Origin: an uncultured archaeon
GTDB lineage: Archaea > Asgardarchaeota > Thorarchaeia > Thorarchaeales > Thorarchaeaceae
Direction: 5' to 3'
Length of the DNA stretch: 64,000 nucleotides
Assembly: GCA_964610875.1 (NCBI GenBank)
Contig: CAZSWP010000008.1
Span: 34,724-98,723, forward strand
Part shown: positions 30,917-41,800 of the stretch, one piece after another
Numbering within the stretch: position 1 is the stretch's first letter
How the letters are laid out: every line of letters begins with the position of its first letter
Made by a program: the position numbers and the translations under genes
Notes under the pieces: generated by a model
The model's input: only the letters and a program-made list of their open reading frames with translations
The model's database searches: none
Told to the model about the DNA's origin: nothing

Positions 30917-32026
30917 TCACAACACAACTTCACTGCATCCGTTACCTGATTGACTGGATGCGATTGCTGAATAAGTTGTTGTGGTCCCAGGATAGAACAA
31001 CTGGATAATCTCGTTCGCTTTGTCCTCGAAATTCCACGAGTACAGATCCCCGTATACGATGGATGCAACATAGTAGACATTCATTAGCTGGTTTTCCCAA
31101 TTGGTGCCGTAGCACTTGTACACCATAGTTGAATACAGGTAGCCATTTTCCACTGCTGAAACACTTTCTAACCCGGTTTCTGCTTCTATGTATCCGTTAA
31201 TGGAGTCGATAACATTGTCTAGGTCTATACTGTCTATGAATATGAAGTCGGGATTTGCAGCGATTAATGTTTCTAGTGTGATAGTATATGGTTGACCGTT
31301 AGGAGCAGGTTCGATGGCGTTAGTAATATTAGAATAGTCGAAAGGAAGATAATTACCAGAACCCTTCAGAAATGACGCTCCGCCATAAAAGAACATGCCG
31401 CAAGCATACGCAGTTTCATTGGTGGCAACAGTTATTTCAGATGTAATGTCGTTGATCATATTTGCAATACCTTCATTGAGTTGGGTAGCTCTTGTTTGTT
31501 CACCAAATAACATGCCAAGTGAAGTAATCTGGTCATAGAAACCTTGCCCGAATTCTACGTTAGCGTTGATAACATAGACAGAGATGTTAGTTTGAGCTTG
31601 TAGAGTGTCCGCGGTTGCTGCATCCTCTACGGTAGAGGTGATAATGAGGCTGGCGTTTAATTCTATGATCGCCTCGGGAGTTGTAGCAACTTGAGGAAGT
31701 GCAGAGAATGTTGCTTTGTTAATGAGGTAGTATGTTTGGTCGTCCCTTGTATTGAATGTTCCAGATGGTTCAACAGCTTGAACTTTATCAACAGCGTCAA
31801 AATAAGATACTAACCTCAAGGAGGCTGCACCAATACAGTAGATCGAGTCAATTTGTTGCGGGATGTTTACTGTTCTTCCCAAAGTATCTGTGACTGTTGT
31901 TTCAGTTTCGTTAGGGATTGCCGTGTTTTGAGTGAAAAAATAGATAGCGCCAATGGTAGCGGTCAAAATCACAGCTATCGTAACTATGGCAAAAAACTTG
32001 TTTGTTGTCATTTGAGTGCTTCCCAT
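30917..32026 (-). CDS. Metal-chelate/cobalamin ABC substrate-binding protein
   Basis: N-terminal membrane anchor, TVTDTLGRTVNIP, ANPDFIFID, VSAVENGYLY. Start set at ATG 32026; the track starts at 32071. Confidence 0.85.
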   Translation of the reverse strand: MGSTQMTTNKFFAIVTIAVILTATIGAIYFFTQNTAIPNETETTVTDTLGRTVNIPQQIDSIYCIGAASLRLVSYFDAVDKVQAVEPSGTFNTRDDQTYYLINKATFSALPQVATTPEAIIELNASLIITSTVEDAATADTLQAQTNISVYVINANVEFGQGFYDQITSLGMLFGEQTRATQLNEGIANMINDITSEITVATNETAYACGMFFYGGASFLKGSGNYLPFDYSNITNAIEPAPNGQPYTITLETLIAANPDFIFIDSIDLDNVIDSINGYIEAETGLESVSAVENGYLYSTMVYKCYGTNWENQLMNVYYVASIVYGDLYSWNFEDKANEIIQLFYPGTTTTYSAIASSQSGNGCSEVVL

Positions 32027-32062
32027 AATAATAAAACCTTCTTTGGAAATAATCCATGTTAT

Positions 32063-32093
32063 TAGTAACACGAATTTTTATTTTGTGTTACTA
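32063..32093. promoter_or_regulatory. Inverted-repeat operator (NikR-like architecture) over the ABC operon promoter
   Basis: Perfect TAGTAACAC-N13(AT-rich)-GTGTTACTA. TATAAATA on the - strand at 32113-32120. Confidence 0.65.
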
Positions 32094-32223
32094 CCTCTTG
32101 CCCTTAGTCTACTATTTATACTTTTATCTTTATATTCTTCAATGTCAAACAAAAAAGCCAATATCTACCATTTGCAAGATAATTTAAACTGAGCAATACT
32201 CAGAGAATCAAGGTGACAATTAG

Positions 32224-33939
32224 ATGGATATTACTTTCAATATCGGAGGAGAGGCCGGACAAGGTATCAATACAATTGGTGACCTTCTAACTCAAGTTTT
32301 TGTCCGTGCTGGCTTCTATACGTTTACAATTAACGATGCTATGTCACGAATTCGAGGTGGGTACAACTTCACCCAGATTCGTGTGTCTGAGAAGCCTGTT
32401 CACGCAGCAGTAGATACAATCGATGTCATTGTGGCACTTTCAAAGGATGCCATTGTGAATAAACGATTGCAACTTAGAGAGGGTGGTGTCATAATCTTCG
32501 ACAATTCCATTGAATTCGAGGATCTTGAGGTATGTCATTATCCAGCTCCACTTGAGAAGACGGCTAAGGATGTTGGTGGTAATGTCCGGATGACTAATGC
32601 TGCAGCGCTTGGTGCCGTGCTTTCAATACTAAACTTCCCAATAGAATTGGCTGAGAGAACCTTGACTGATATTTTTAAGAAGAAGGGAGATAAAATAGTC
32701 CAAGGAAATATCGATGTTACTCGCTCAATGTATGAACGTGCCAATGAAGAATTCTCAGGCTCTTGCACTCAAAATCTTGATGGATTGAAAGAAGGTCCTT
32801 GTAAAGACAGGTTAATTGTTTCAGGAAACTCTGCACTTGCGTTTGGAGCTATTGCTGCTAATGTAAAATGGATTTCATCCTATCCAATGAGTCCTTCGAC
32901 CTCTCTGTTTCAGGAGATTATGACCTACTCACAAAAACTCAGGATAGGTGCAATACAAACAGAGGATGAGATTGCATCAATTTGCATGGCAATTGGTGCA
33001 TCATATGCTGGTGCTCGTTCAATGACAACAACATCAGGTGGTGGCTTTTCTCTAATGGTAGAGGCTGTTGGACTTGCCGCAATGGCTGAACAACCTCTCG
33101 TAATCTATAATGCTCAACGAGCTGGCCCGAGTACTGGTCTACCTACAAGAACGGAGCAATCTGATTTATTGTTTGGTGCGTTCGCCAGTCAAGGTGAATT
33201 TCCTCGCGTAATGCTTGCACCTAAAGACCCTGTAGAAGCTTTTGATGTTGCCATCAGGTCTTTTGATATTGCAGAGAAATATCAGATTCCTGTCTTCATT
33301 CTCGGTGACCAACATTTAGCTGATTCAACGATGAATACGCCAAAGTTTGATGTCACTAAAGTATTGATTGAACGTGGAAAAATTGCAGAAGAAGAAAATG
33401 GTGATTACAAGCGTTATGAGTTCACAGAGGATGGCATCTCATCTAGGGCATTCCCTGGCAGTCCAGGGAAGATAATTGCATCATCAGGTAATGTTCACTT
33501 TGAGAACGGTCACATAACAGAAGATCCAGATATTCGGAATAGAATGGTTGAAAAGTTCTTCAAGAAGGTCCCCCTGATTCTAGAGGGTCTTAATCCTCCT
33601 CAACTGTACGGTCCAGAAGAAGCGAAGGCGACTCTCCTAACTTGGGGTTCTACTTGGGGTGCGGCATATGAAGCAATGAATCTTTTGAATGACGAGGGCA
33701 GTCCAATCAAACAACTCCACTTTTGTGACGTTTATCCACTTCGGACAGAGAAATTGAAAGAAGTGTTCGATAATTCAGATAGAGTAGTTGCTGTTGAACA
33801 GAACGCCACATCTCAATTTGCTAAGTTAGTTCAGATGGAGTCATGCTTACGAGTGACTGATCATATCAACAAATATGATGGGCGACCCATGACTGCGAGA
33901 TGGATTATTGACAAGTTGACGGAGGGTGGTATCCTATGA
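32224..33939 (+). CDS. korA: 2-oxoacid:ferredoxin oxidoreductase alpha subunit (fused gamma-alpha)
   Basis: GGEAGQGI, YPMSPST, EDEIAS, TSGGGFSLM, QRAGPSTGLPT. Confidence 0.93.
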   Translation: MDITFNIGGEAGQGINTIGDLLTQVFVRAGFYTFTINDAMSRIRGGYNFTQIRVSEKPVHAAVDTIDVIVALSKDAIVNKRLQLREGGVIIFDNSIEFEDLEVCHYPAPLEKTAKDVGGNVRMTNAAALGAVLSILNFPIELAERTLTDIFKKKGDKIVQGNIDVTRSMYERANEEFSGSCTQNLDGLKEGPCKDRLIVSGNSALAFGAIAANVKWISSYPMSPSTSLFQEIMTYSQKLRIGAIQTEDEIASICMAIGASYAGARSMTTTSGGGFSLMVEAVGLAAMAEQPLVIYNAQRAGPSTGLPTRTEQSDLLFGAFASQGEFPRVMLAPKDPVEAFDVAIRSFDIAEKYQIPVFILGDQHLADSTMNTPKFDVTKVLIERGKIAEEENGDYKRYEFTEDGISSRAFPGSPGKIIASSGNVHFENGHITEDPDIRNRMVEKFFKKVPLILEGLNPPQLYGPEEAKATLLTWGSTWGAAYEAMNLLNDEGSPIKQLHFCDVYPLRTEKLKEVFDNSDRVVAVEQNATSQFAKLVQMESCLRVTDHINKYDGRPMTARWIIDKLTEGGIL

Positions 33940-34802
33940 TAAAACCAGAACAACTTGAAGGTCCACAGGAAGTCACATGGTGCACTGGCTGTGGTAATTT
34001 TGGAATCCTTGCAGCTCTTAAGAAAGTAGTTATTGAGTTAGGAGTAGAACATCATAACATCGTATTGGTTTCAGGAATTGGATGTTCCGGTAAGACGCCT
34101 CATTACATCAATCTGAACTCATTCCACACCCTGCATGGTCGTCCGATCCCAATTGCCACTGGAATTCATCTGGCTAATCCTGAACTGTCAACAATAGTTC
34201 ATACTGGTGATGGTGATTGTCTTGGTGAGGGACTCGGTCATTTTATTCATGCTGCACGTAGGAATGTGAATATTGCGGTGTTCATTCATAACAATGGTGT
34301 CAATGGTTTAACAAAAGGTCAATTTTCACCAGCTGCTCCTAAGGGATATGTGTCAAAGACATCTCCACCTCCACCAGGAGCACCTATGGAGCCAGTGAAT
34401 CCTGTTTCTCTTGCGATAACTGCTGGTGCTACATATGTTGCTAGAGGATTTTCAGGTGATCAGAAATTATTGGTAAAATTGATGGTAGAGGCTATCAAAC
34501 ATCCTGGATTCGCGGTAGTCGATATACTACAACCATGTGTCACATGGAATCGCACATTGACATGGGCTTTCTATAACAAACATACATACAAGCTAGAAGA
34601 AGAAGGTCATGATACCTCGGACAAACTGGCTGCTATTAGACGCGCATCTGAAATCTATGATAAAATGGGAATTGGAGTCTTCTATAAGGAAACAAAGGAT
34701 GACCTATCCTCTGGACTTATGCTACCAGAAACAGGAACACTTAAGGATCATCATACATCACTGGAGGATTTTCAAGCAATTATTGATGATATGGAACTGT
34801 AG
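33936..34802 (+). CDS. korB: 2-oxoacid:ferredoxin oxidoreductase beta subunit
   Basis: WCTGCGNF, SGIGCS, LHGR, GDGD..NN (TPP motif), LQPCVT. Confidence 0.93.
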   Translation: MIKPEQLEGPQEVTWCTGCGNFGILAALKKVVIELGVEHHNIVLVSGIGCSGKTPHYINLNSFHTLHGRPIPIATGIHLANPELSTIVHTGDGDCLGEGLGHFIHAARRNVNIAVFIHNNGVNGLTKGQFSPAAPKGYVSKTSPPPPGAPMEPVNPVSLAITAGATYVARGFSGDQKLLVKLMVEAIKHPGFAVVDILQPCVTWNRTLTWAFYNKHTYKLEEEGHDTSDKLAAIRRASEIYDKMGIGVFYKETKDDLSSGLMLPETGTLKDHHTSLEDFQAIIDDMEL

Positions 34803-34889
34803 TGAAGACAATTCTTCCTGATTGTCACGAATGTAAAACAATATCAGGAAGGATATGTATCTATAGTTAAGTCCTTGGGGGATTAGAGA

Positions 34890-36269
34890 TTGGAAGAAAG
34901 AATAGAGAAAGATGCATTTGGCGAGCTAGCTGTACCTGCTGATGTCTACTGGGGCATAAATACACAACGAGCTCTGAAAAACTTTAGAATCAGTGGACGG
35001 CGAATGAACGGCTTCTTTATCAAATCGCTTGGCATCGTAAAGATGTCTTGTCTGCTTGCAAATATGGACCTTGGGTTAATCGATGAATTAATCGGCAAAT
35101 CAATGCTTGAAGTCGTTCACGATATTATACGTGGTGACCTCAATGACCAATTTCCAATCGATGTATATCAAACGGGTTCAGGTACTCAGACAAATATCAA
35201 TATGAACGAAGTGATAGCAAACCGAGCGAATCAAATTCTTGGTCATCCAATGGGACAAAAGAAACCTATTCATCCGAATGATCATGCTAACATGGGGCAG
35301 TCTTCTAATGATGTGATTCCAACAGCAATGCATGTTGCTGTAGTTTTGAGGAGTCGGGAAATGCTGCTACCTGCTCTAACAGAGATTGACAAAGTATTGA
35401 AAGAAAAAATCAAAGAATTCAATGGTATTGTCAAAGTGGGACGAACTCATATTCAAGATGCTGTTCCCATTCCCCTGTCAATGGAGTTCCAGGTCTATCA
35501 ACAACAAATTGCATCCTTCATCAGATATCTTGAATTTATTCTTGAAGATCTGATGCAAATTCCCATAGGGGGGACAGCACTAGGTACGGGTCTCAACTCA
35601 AGTGAAGATTTTGCAAAACGCGTGATACATCATCTGAATCAGTACACAGGTGTTGTATTCAGATTGAATCCTGTCAAAGCAGAGGGAATAGCATCACATA
35701 GTAGACTTGTGCGATTCAGCGCAGAACTTCGTCAGATAGCAAATCTGTGTATCAAGATGGCAAATGACATCAGATGGATGGGGAGTGGACCACGAGCTGG
35801 TCTTGGTGAGTTGAAACTTCCACAGAACGAACCTGGCTCATCGATTATGCCAGGAAAGGTCAATCCTACACAGGCTGAGATGCTCATTCAAGTTGCTGCA
35901 CAGGTGATTGGGTATGACCTAACAATCACATTAGGTGAATCTGAAGGCAGTGTTTTGGACCTCAATATGGCTAAACCCCTGATCATAACAAACCTTCTGG
36001 ATTCAATAGAACTACTTGCAAATGGTCTCAATTCATTCTCAGAGAATTGTTTGGTCGGACTAAAAGCAAACATTCTTGAAATCGAGTCTCAATTAGAAAG
36101 AAGCTTGATGCTTGTGACGCGACTCTCGCCAGTCATTGGTTATGACAAGGCCAGTCAAGTTGCTAAGAGTGCTCTTGCATCAGGTAAGACTATCCGTGAG
36201 ACGGTGAAAGATATGGGTCTTCAGATTGCAAATCTGGATGAGATTCTTGATCCGAAGAAGATGGTCTAA
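34890..36269 (+). CDS. fumC: Class II fumarate hydratase
   Basis: YQTGSGTQTN, GQSSND, GRTHIQDA, GSSIMPGKVNP. Confidence 0.92.
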   Translation: MEERIEKDAFGELAVPADVYWGINTQRALKNFRISGRRMNGFFIKSLGIVKMSCLLANMDLGLIDELIGKSMLEVVHDIIRGDLNDQFPIDVYQTGSGTQTNINMNEVIANRANQILGHPMGQKKPIHPNDHANMGQSSNDVIPTAMHVAVVLRSREMLLPALTEIDKVLKEKIKEFNGIVKVGRTHIQDAVPIPLSMEFQVYQQQIASFIRYLEFILEDLMQIPIGGTALGTGLNSSEDFAKRVIHHLNQYTGVVFRLNPVKAEGIASHSRLVRFSAELRQIANLCIKMANDIRWMGSGPRAGLGELKLPQNEPGSSIMPGKVNPTQAEMLIQVAAQVIGYDLTITLGESEGSVLDLNMAKPLIITNLLDSIELLANGLNSFSENCLVGLKANILEIESQLERSLMLVTRLSPVIGYDKASQVAKSALASGKTIRETVKDMGLQIANLDEILDPKKMV

Positions 36270-36340
36270 TTCTGACATAGAGTAGCATTCTTAACATATA
36301 GCGTATTTTGGCAGATAATCAGTTCACTGGAGCAGTTGCG

Positions 36341-38020
36341 ATGGTCATCTCACATGACGTATTGGTTGTTGGAGCGGGTCTCTCAGGTCTTAGAGTAGCA
36401 ATTGATCTTGCTGAAGATCATGATGTAGCAATTTTGACCAAGGTTCATCCTCTCAGGTCCCACTCTGTTGCGGCTCAAGGAGGAATCAATGCATCATTAA
36501 GTGAGGATGACTCTTGGAAATCGCATGCATTTGACACGGTGAAAGGAGCTGACTATCTCGCTGACCAGGACGCAGTAGAAGTCTTGGCAAAAGGTGCTCC
36601 AGATGCTGTCCTGGAGAATGAACGGTGGGGAACTGCATTCTCAAGAACACCTGATGGTAAAATAGCTCAGAGACCCTTCGGTGGTGCTGCTTTTCCAAGA
36701 ACATGTTATGCTGCAGATCGAACTGGTCACAATCTTCTACATACAACCTTTGAACAGGCTGTAAGACTTGATATAAAGATCTATGAAGAGTTCTTTGTGA
36801 CCTCTCTTGCAAGAGAGGATGATCGAATTTGTGGTTTGACTGCATTTGATATTGCAAACGGTGAAGTCCATGGATTCTCTGCTAAGGCTGTTGTATTAGC
36901 AACAGGTGGATTTGGAAGAATTTATGCTCATTCAACAAATGCTCTAATCAATACCGGTGACGGTTGTGCCCTTGCTTTGAGAATAGGAGTTCCATTGAAA
37001 GATATGGAATTTGTGCAATTTCATCCAAGTAGCCTAAAAGGCTCAAGTATTCTAATTACTGAAGGAGCCAGAGGTGAGGGTGGATATTTGCTCAACTCTG
37101 AAAATGAACGGTTCATGAGTACATATGCTCCTGAAAAAATGGAGTTAGCCCCTAGAGACATTGTTGCAAGAGCGATTCGTACTGAGGTGCTTGAAGGCAG
37201 AGGATTTGAGAATGAATATGTGCACTTAGACCTCAGACATTTGGGAGCTGAAAAAATTAATGAACGTCTCCCAGGTATCCGCGAGATTTCTATGCATTTT
37301 GCTGGTGTTGACCCAATCGAGGAACCAATACCAATACACCCAGCTCAGCACTACTCGATGGGAGGAATCGATTGTAACAAAAATGGAGAGACCTCGTTAC
37401 TTGGCCTTTATGCGGTAGGTGAAAATGCTTGCATGAGTGTCCATGGTGCTAATCGACTTGGAGGAAATTCTCTACTCGAAACGCTCGTGTTCGGAAAGGT
37501 TGTTGGGCAAGCTGTGAACTCGTATCTCAAAGAAGCTTCAGCTGTGGATGAATGTGCACTTGATTCAGTACTTCATCAACAACGTGAAAAGCTTCATGCA
37601 TTATTATTGAAGAAGGATGGTACTCTTCCAGCTAAAATTCGTAAGAAGATGGGTGAATCTATGGACCAATACGTTGGCGTGTTTAGAAATGATGACGAAC
37701 TGGAGGAGGGGTTGGAGATAATTCAGCAACTTAAGAAACGGTTGAATGAAATCGTAGTAGGTTCCTCGGACAAGAAGTTCAATTACGCTCTTGTGCGTGC
37801 GTTGGAATTGGAGAATATGCTTGATCTAGCTGAATGCATTGTTGCTGGAGCAATAAATCGGAGAGAGAGTCGGGGTGCACATTGGAGAAATGACTTTCCT
37901 GCTAGAAATGATGATGATTTTCTCAAACATACTCTTACAACTATGGTGGATGGAAAGATTGCTGTGAGCTACAAGGATGTGAATCTTGGAATGTTTGAGG
38001 TAAAGGAGCGTACTTACTAA
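36341..38020 (+). CDS. sdhA: Succinate dehydrogenase/fumarate reductase flavoprotein subunit
   Basis: RSHSVAAQGG, QFHPS, ELAPRD, HYSMGG, HGANRLGGNSL. Start set at ATG 36341 after GGAG. Confidence 0.93.
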   Translation: MVISHDVLVVGAGLSGLRVAIDLAEDHDVAILTKVHPLRSHSVAAQGGINASLSEDDSWKSHAFDTVKGADYLADQDAVEVLAKGAPDAVLENERWGTAFSRTPDGKIAQRPFGGAAFPRTCYAADRTGHNLLHTTFEQAVRLDIKIYEEFFVTSLAREDDRICGLTAFDIANGEVHGFSAKAVVLATGGFGRIYAHSTNALINTGDGCALALRIGVPLKDMEFVQFHPSSLKGSSILITEGARGEGGYLLNSENERFMSTYAPEKMELAPRDIVARAIRTEVLEGRGFENEYVHLDLRHLGAEKINERLPGIREISMHFAGVDPIEEPIPIHPAQHYSMGGIDCNKNGETSLLGLYAVGENACMSVHGANRLGGNSLLETLVFGKVVGQAVNSYLKEASAVDECALDSVLHQQREKLHALLLKKDGTLPAKIRKKMGESMDQYVGVFRNDDELEEGLEIIQQLKKRLNEIVVGSSDKKFNYALVRALELENMLDLAECIVAGAINRRESRGAHWRNDFPARNDDDFLKHTLTTMVDGKIAVSYKDVNLGMFEVKERTY

Positions 38021-38760
38021 TGAAATTCCGTATTGCACGAAGTTCAGAAGGTGGAAGAATAACAACCTATGATGTGTTCGATATTGATGTTAAACCCGGA
38101 TGGACTGTACTCGATGCTCTATTCAAAATCCAGGATGATGTAGACCCATCTCTATCCTTCAGGTACTCCTGTAGAGGTGCGGTGTGTGGGAGTTGTGCTA
38201 TGTTAATTGACAAGGTTCCAAGACTTGCCTGCAGAACACAAGTGCGATTTGTAAAGGATGAAGATAGTAAATTGAAACCTTTTGCAGCAATTGTTAATCT
38301 GCCCAAAGAGTGGGAAAAGGACTCTGAAATACTGATTGAACCTCTCCCAAATATGCCTATTCTGAAAGACCTAGTAGTTGATATGACTCGCTTTTTCGAT
38401 GTCATGGAGGAGATGCAACTTTGGGCAGAACCAGTTGATGATGAACATAGAAGAACACAATCTCCTGAAGAGAGAGGCAGAATCAAACGTTATGTCAATT
38501 GTATTCTATGCGCACTCTGCTATGGTTCATGTCCTGTAAATGCGGAGAAACCGGAATATGTTGGTCCAGCTGCTTTAGCAAAAGCTTGGAGATTCATAGT
38601 AGACTCAAGAATAGAAAACACTGAACAATATCTTGAGGCTGTAGAAGGTCCAAATGCCTCTGAACTTTGTGATCTAATAATGAATTGTGTAAGAGTCTGT
38701 CCAAAGGATGTTGCTCCGGGTGGTGCAATTCGAAAGGTAAAGAATTTGGACAAAGAATAG
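38020..38760 (+). CDS. sdhB: Succinate dehydrogenase/fumarate reductase Fe-S subunit
   Basis: SCRGAVCGSC..LAC, CILCALCYGSCP, CDLIMNCVRVCP. Confidence 0.93.
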   Translation: MKFRIARSSEGGRITTYDVFDIDVKPGWTVLDALFKIQDDVDPSLSFRYSCRGAVCGSCAMLIDKVPRLACRTQVRFVKDEDSKLKPFAAIVNLPKEWEKDSEILIEPLPNMPILKDLVVDMTRFFDVMEEMQLWAEPVDDEHRRTQSPEERGRIKRYVNCILCALCYGSCPVNAEKPEYVGPAALAKAWRFIVDSRIENTEQYLEAVEGPNASELCDLIMNCVRVCPKDVAPGGAIRKVKNLDKE

Positions 38761-38895
38761 TTCCCTTTAGGAATGTATCGCTTCAATAATCAAATAGTGG
38801 CTAATTGAAAAAACAATTTCGATGATACTACTTTGATAATACTTGTTTACTGAAAGATTATATGATTTCAATCTTCATTCCCGATAATTCACATA

Positions 38896-41800
38896 TTGAG
38901 ATGTCAGGTAGTAGTGCCTGTCTCAAAACATCTCGATTTGGAGGATAAAAGCGGTGATTTGTTTGAAAAATATCTTGTTTTAGGTTTCTTGGGTTTGCTA
39001 CTCTTTACAGCAGTGCCTACACTTGCTGAATTTAGTTTATCAGAGCGACAAAATGTAGGAACTCCGATAGATCTCGAGTCAACAATATCTCAGGAAGCCT
39101 TTGATGATCCAAACCATATACTACCCGTTTCGATTTTAGTATATACGGAATTCATCGATCAAATAGCAGGCAGCTATAACGAGTTTAATAATACTATGAT
39201 TGCTATAGACGAAAACTACGGAAAAGATTACTTCTATGAGAATCTAACTGACTATACTCAGCTTGATTCTTCTCTTCCTGGTCATGATATCCTTCTTATT
39301 CCTGAACAGGAGAAAGCATCGATAGAAAATACTACGGATATCGGACAAGCCTGGGCAAGTACATTGACCGAGTATGTTAATGATGGCGGAATTGTAATTC
39401 TAATGGATTATGGTGGGGTGCTTGGTCGAGGTGCTGGTAGTCACATCTATAATGAATCAGGACTAATGCAGATAGACAGTATTAGTGTCATTACATTAAC
39501 CTCAGTCAGTCTTGTCAATAGCTCCGACGCCTTGGCTCGGGGAGTAGATTCTAGTTTCACTGCTCCTAATGGTGCCCTTGCTTTTGACACACCTGATGTC
39601 ACGAAAGTGGTTGATAATGGCACATTACCAATGGTAGTCCACAAGACAATGGGTAGGGGTCATGTAGTCTTGCTAGGCTTTGACCTTTGCATAGTTGAAG
39701 GAAACTGTTCTAGAATTCTTGCAAATTCAATTCGTTTACATAGGCACGTGGTTTTTGATGAATCTCATTCACCCGTATATTCAATTCAAGGTGAATACTC
39801 AAATTTCATTGATGACCTGGTAGCTGATGGATTTGCTTTATCTGTTATGGGTCAGTTTTCCTCTGAGTACATTGCAGGCTGTGATGTTCTTGTTTTAACT
39901 GCATGTGGGGTTACTTATTCTACCCAAGAAGTTGCAATGATAGAGCAATTTGTCCATGATGGAGGTGGATTGTTTCTAGTGACTGATCTTGTTATGCATG
40001 GGGATGCACTTGATCCAGTGACAGAGAACTTCGGTTACATGAGAAATAAGACACACTATCTCAATGACACTGATGATCAAGTTACTTCTGGTACGGACTT
40101 TCAATTTACACTACAATCTGATAACATACTGAATCACTCAGCTACATTGATGGTCAACTATATAGAACTCTATGGGTCTGCAGGCTTTATTCAGATTCCA
40201 GATGATGCAACATCTCTTCTTTTCACAGATACGGATGGTACCACTACCTTCGATACATCCTATACTGAAGGCTACCAGACTCCTGCGAATGGTACTCCCG
40301 TTGCAGCATCCTCTCTATCTGGAGATGGTCGAATCGTTGTCTTAGGTGACGTAAACCTATTGGCTGGGCAAAATGATGCAAATAGTGATGGGACTGCAGA
40401 TTATTATGAAGGACAAAACAGGATTTTCCTTCAAAATACTATGAGGTGGCTTGGAGCATCAGGAACGCCAGAAAGGGTTGTCGTATTCGATGAGTCACAT
40501 GGCGCTCAGTTCACACTTGGTATTTCCTTTCAGGGACTTGCGCGTCATCTTACATCAAATGGATATACTGTAAAGAAGATGACAACGTTTTATACATCAC
40601 TTGTTGACACTGCCGATGTCCTGTTTATCGTAGATGGAACTACTAACCATACCGCTGATGAACAAAATTACATCGAATCTTTTGTCGATAATGGTGGAAG
40701 TCTCCTCCTATTGGGTGCACGTACAACTGCTAGGAATACTGTCGATTTCATCGGTGCCAAATTTGGAATGGACCTAAATGATACAGGAGAGCTATTTGAC
40801 TCGGACGATAGTATACTAAGCGGCAACTACATCTACTACAATCAAAGTAATTTCGCAGTACATCCTATTATGGATGGCGTTAGACGAACTGAAGATGTCT
40901 ACACTACTGCCTTCAATGACATTGGTTCTGGGACTTCATTGATTACTACCGACAGTGATGGGACTTGTACATGGTCCGGTGGCGGAGCTGCAGATGGATT
41001 GACCACCTTGGTAGCACTAGAGCATGGTCACGGGCGTGTAGTGTTCTCAAGTGGATATGTTTTCTTGAGTTCCAGTCAGAATGGTGACGCTGATGATCAA
41101 GTCAATTTCTATGATAGTGACAATGACCTTCTGACGACAAACATATTCAAGTGGTTATCAGATGATAGAGGTGCTGATTTAGAAGTCTTAACACCAAATG
41201 GTGGAGAAGTTGTGACTGGAGATGATATAGTGATCACATGGGATGCTGTGGATCCCAATGATGACCCCATCACCTTCAATCTCTTCTACAGTGCAAATGG
41301 TGGAACTGGCTGGACTCCACTTGTTAGTGGTCTGACTGTTGACCATTACACTTGGGATATCACTGGCGTTTCCGATAGTATTGAATACCTTATTCGAATC
41401 GAGGCTGTAAGTACAATCTTTACAGTCACGGATGAATCTGATGCTCAGTTCACAATTGACCGCAATCCGCCTCAATGGGATCCAGCACCTACTGATGTTA
41501 CCATTAATGAGGGAGAACGAATCTCTATACAAATCAATGCTAGTGATATATCCGGCATAGACAGTTGGTGGGTAAATGATACAACTCACTTCAGCATAAA
41601 TGAATCAGGTTATCTTGAGGATAATGCAGCATTGACAGTTGGAGTTTATGGACTAGAAATATCTGTTAATGATACCTTGGGACATATACAAACCATTGCG
41701 TTGTCAATTACGGTACTTGAAGTAACTACTACTGATACAACAACGACCGGTACTGACACCACGACGACTGACGCTGATACAGATACCAATACTGATACCG

